From Octopus sinensis (lineage: Eukaryota), in NCBI RefSeq assembly GCF_006345805.1, contig NW_021826953.1, forward strand, positions 1-12,000: a stretch of 12,000 nt of DNA, in the 5' to 3' direction. Numbering within the stretch: position 1 is the first letter of the stretch; every line of letters begins with the position of its first letter. A model generated the notes under the pieces. That model was not told the DNA's origin. It did not search any database and saw nothing but the letters and a program-made list of their open reading frames with translations. Shown here piece by piece: positions 8,769 to 12,000 of this stretch. A program made the translations under genes and the position numbers.

Positions 8769-8908
8769 ACGACGGGCTTCTTAAATCCACTGACGAGGCT
8801 TTGGTCGGCCCGAGGCTATAGTCGAAGACACTTGCCACGCAGTAGAACTCAACCCGGAACCATGTGGTTGAGAAACAAGCTTCTTACCACACAGCCACAC
8901 CTGCGCCT
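8768..8908 (-). mobile_element. 5' part (tRNA-like head + CORE-like domain) of SINE family 2
   Basis: Minus strand AGGCGCAGGTG-TGGCTGTGTGG (A-box-like, 8897-8887)...GGTTGAGTTC (B-box-like); homologous to 3351-3510 but with a short deletion in the CORE-like motif (GTGGCAAGTG). Confidence 0.8.
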
Positions 8909-8928
8909 GTCTAATATTTTTACATAGT

Positions 8929-9058
8929 CGTTCTGAGTTCAAATTCCACCGAGGTTGATTTTACCTTTCATCCTTTCGAGGTCGATAAATTAAGTACCAG
9001 TTGCGTACTGGGGTCGATCTAATCGACTGGCCCTCTACCCTAAAATTACGGGCCTTGT
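8929..9058 (+). mobile_element. 5'-truncated SINE family 3 copy
   Basis: B box GAGTTCAAATTCC 8935-8947, then CCTTTCATCCTTTCGAGGTCGATAAATTAAGTACCAG; the reverse complement of the copies at 9.1-11.1 kb. Confidence 0.8.
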
Positions 9059-9095
9059 AAAAAAAAAGGCTGGGTGCAAAAGTCATACTCAGGAC

Positions 9096-9665
9096 ATTCT
9101 TTCCAAGATATCGGTTTCAAATTTTGACACAAGATCAGCAATTTCGAGGAAGGGGTAAGTCGATTACATCAACCCCAGTATGCAACTGGTACATATTTTA
9201 TCAACGCCTGAAAGTATGAAAGACAAAGTCGACGTCGGCGGAACTCAAGACCTAAAGACGTGAAATACCGTTAAAAATTTTGCCCAGCATGCTAACGATT
9301 CTGCCAGTGCATCACCTTCAATTCTTTCCAAGATAATGATTCAAATTTTAGCACAAGGCCAGAAATTTAGGAGCAGGGGATAAGTCGATAACTTCGATCG
9401 TAATGTTCAACTAGTTCCTTTTTTTTTATCGATCAAGAATGGATGAAAAGTAATGTCGACCTAAATGAACCCGACTACTCTCAAAAATTAAGTAAAAAAA
9501 AAAAAAGCAGGAAAAATAATCCAGAATCTTTGTCCGGTGCCGGATCGATCCCACGGCGGAATTTGAACTCAAATAGTAAAGACGGGCGAAATAAGGTTAA
9601 GTAAGCAATTTGTCCGGCGTGCTTACGCTTCTGCCACGGCTTCGCCTTAAATTCTTTTCAAGATA
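9096..9665 (-). mobile_element. Head-to-tail dimer of SINE family 3 (9096-9320; 9321-9650 with a 91-bp insert at 9463-9553)
   Basis: Both units carry aagtcgat...gtcgac..cggcgga...tgct.acg.ttctgcca..cctt; 15-bp boundary motif at 9096, 9321 and 9651. Confidence 0.8.
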
Positions 9666-10112
9666 GTGAACAACTATTTTGCTTGTATATGTGCTAACGT
9701 TCACCAGGTTTGAGTTCAACTGGTTTTAGCTTATGAATCCAGATTAATGCAATCGGAAATTGACTTCGCTCAGCGATCACAGACACACAACGCAAAGACT
9801 GTAAACCAGTTCGTTCTTCTAACGACATGCACCATCTATCAATACCGCCGCCACAACCTCCACCACCACGATCAAATCACCACCAGCACCCCCGCCAATA
9901 CCAATACACTCATCACCACCTCTCACACAGTGTAGAGCTGAGAATTAATTACTTGGGCATGTATCAGAAAGTGTCTGTTGAGCTCCTACTTATCAAATAA
10001 TAATTGAACTGAGGCAATCACTACAGGGGACAGATTGTTGCAATAAATCCATTCTATAAAATACACACAATCTTCAGACAATCGGAAGTCCGAACAATAT
10101 GACATCACAGCA

Positions 10113-10207
10113 TCTTTTATCTTTTACTTATATCAATCATTAAACTGCTGCCAAGCTGGGGCACCATCTTGAAGGATTTTAATCGAACACATTGCCCCCA
10201 GTAATTG
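10113..10207 (-). mobile_element. Diverged extreme 3' end of SINE family 2
   Basis: catt.aactgc.gccaagc.gg.gcacc...tttaa.tcgaa...at.g.ccccag aligns with 7510-7567. Confidence 0.6.
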
Positions 10208-10383
10208 TTTTGAAGTAAAAGTTAAGTAATAAAGTGTTTCAAGTAAAGCTTCAAATGAAATAAAACTATATTTGCATTGATTTAATCCCATATATATACT
10301 TATTTTTATATTTTAATTTTGATATGTAACATCTAAACGCTTAAACGATGGAGCCAGCAATTAATATTCTTTTCTACTCTAAT

Positions 10384-11066
10384 CACAAGACCCGAAACAG
10401 TCGATTAGATTGACCTCAGTACGCAACTGGTACTTAATTTATCGATCCCGAGTGGATGAAAGGGAATTTGAACTCAGAACATAAAGACAGACAAAATAAC
10501 TATTTCTTTACTAACCACAAGGGGCTAAACACAGAGAGGACAAACAAGGACAGACAAACGGATTAAGTCGACTACATCGACTCCAGTGCGTAACTGCTAC
10601 TTAATTTATCGACCCCGAAAGGATGAAAGACAAAGTCGACCTCGGCGGAATTTGAACTCAGAACGTAAAGACAGACGAAATACCGCTAAGAATTTTGCCC
10701 GGTGTGCTAACGTTTCTTATTTCTTTATTGCCCACAAGGGGCTAAACATGGAGGGGACAAACAAATAGTACTTAATTTATCGACCCCGAAAGGATGAAAG
10801 GCAAAGTCGACCTCGGCGGAATTTGAACTCAGAACGTAAAGACAGACGAAATACCGCTAAGAATTTCGCCCGGTGTGCTAACGTTTCTTATTTCTTTATT
10901 GCCCACAAGGGGCTAAACATGGAGGGGACAAACAAATAGTACTTAATTTATCGACCCCGAAAGGATGAAAGGCAAAGTCGACCTCGGTGGAATTTGAACT
11001 CAGAACGTAGCCATAGACGAAATACCGCTAAGCATTTCGCTAACGTTTCCGCCAACTCGCCGCCTT
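10384..11066 (-). mobile_element. Tandem array of four SINE family 3 units including a 171-bp tandem repeat (10598-10768, 10769-10939, partial from 10940)
   Basis: TACTTAATTTATCGACCCCGAAAGGATGAAAG recurs at 10598, 10769 and 10940; B box (plus-strand GGAATTTGAACTC) in each unit; intact 5' start AAGGCGGCGAG only at 11066. Confidence 0.9.
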
Positions 11067-11261
11067 CCAGCAATTATTATTGAATGCTAGATGAAGGACA
11101 GTGCTTTAGACATCAGACTGTGCACACATATTAAAAAAACAATTTTATTTCTTATAGGAAAGACAATTTTTCAAAAGAATTGTGATAGCGTTGTTACATT
11201 AAGAATAATTCTGGGTCATCTCTAGCTCTACTTTTCCTCCTGATCCATCCCGGATATTCTG

Positions 11262-11265
<4 letters not shown>

Positions 11266-11303
<38 letters not shown>
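11266..11303. repeat. (TG)n microsatellite
   Basis: Directly visible. Confidence 0.95.
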
Positions 11304-11305
<2 letters not shown>

Positions 11306-11534
11306 ACGAAGAAAGAAGACGTCAGTGCCATTTGTGTGAATTTTCCGTTCGTTCCTTTAGGACCCCTTAACGAAATAATGATTAGTAATTGGATTTACTG
11401 GATATCATTTGTATCGGGCTATATACATTACACTCCTACGTATTGGTTTACTATGTGGTCCGTAGCCTAATCTACTAAAGGAGCTTTTTTGTGGACACCA
11501 TTGGATTAATTAAATCCATATATTGTGCATTAAT

Positions 11535-11703
11535 TATATATAATATATATGTGTATATATATATATATATATTATATATATATATATATATATTATATTA
11601 TTATATATATATATATATTATATATATATGTTTGTATGTTTACATGTATGTATGTATCTATGTATGCATGAGTGTATGTATGTGTGAGAGAGAGTGAGAG
11701 AGA
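11535..11703. repeat. (TA)n/(TATG)n/(GA)n microsatellite
   Basis: Directly visible. Confidence 0.95.
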
Positions 11704-12000
11704 TGCATGCTACTCCATAACACGGGTGTTTGAATAGACGTAAATAGCGAAAGCGATTAACAGAATACGCAAGCTTCTTTCCGGAAGCCTCGCGACGGTC
11801 TTAACTTCAAAATCATTGGAAATACGATCTGTAAGTACATCAGACATTTCTGAAGTTGAAAATATCAATTTGTTTTAGTTATTTACACCACAACGATAAA
11901 GTTTTGTAATCGTTTTAGAAACCAGTTCCTTCCTCAGAGGGAGATTTCCGACGATTATATGTTGAAAAAAAACATCTATAAATACATATAGATCTACATA

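Noticed and set aside
8789-8816. CTGACGA-GGC...GCC hammerhead-like start on the plus strand
   Set aside because: No GAAA after the stem and no stems I or III; it is the antisense of a SINE body.
10598-11030. CRISPR-like regular repeats
   Set aside because: Whole 171-bp units repeat with no unique spacers; SINE-derived and eukaryotic context.
11905-11940. Minus-strand CTGAGGA-A-GGAA(CTGGT)TTCT-AAAACG, a possible fourth hammerhead
   Set aside because: G12 is missing and stems I and III cannot be formed; at best a decayed relic.

Overview
Eukaryotic, AT-rich, repeat-saturated DNA with no supportable host gene. All long ORFs in the track are low-complexity artefacts, except 336-557, which is part of a decayed R4/Dong-type non-LTR retrotransposon. 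The mix of SINEs and microsatellites resembles repeats I recall from octopus genomes (recall only, not searched). Contents: an R4/Dong LINE fossil interrupted by nested insertions, at least three tRNA-derived SINE families (several copies, some in tandem), a MITE-like 94-bp-arm foldback, a ~450-bp tandem duplication that may be an assembly artefact, and many microsatellites. The most interesting signal is three different minimal type I hammerhead-ribozyme-like motifs of the Penelope-like-element (PLE) type, all on the minus strand within 1.7 kb. One sits in an element with a tRNA-like head, an inverted terminal arm and a candidate 16-bp target-site duplication, i.e. a candidate ribozyme-bearing SINE. 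Activity and novelty are untested.
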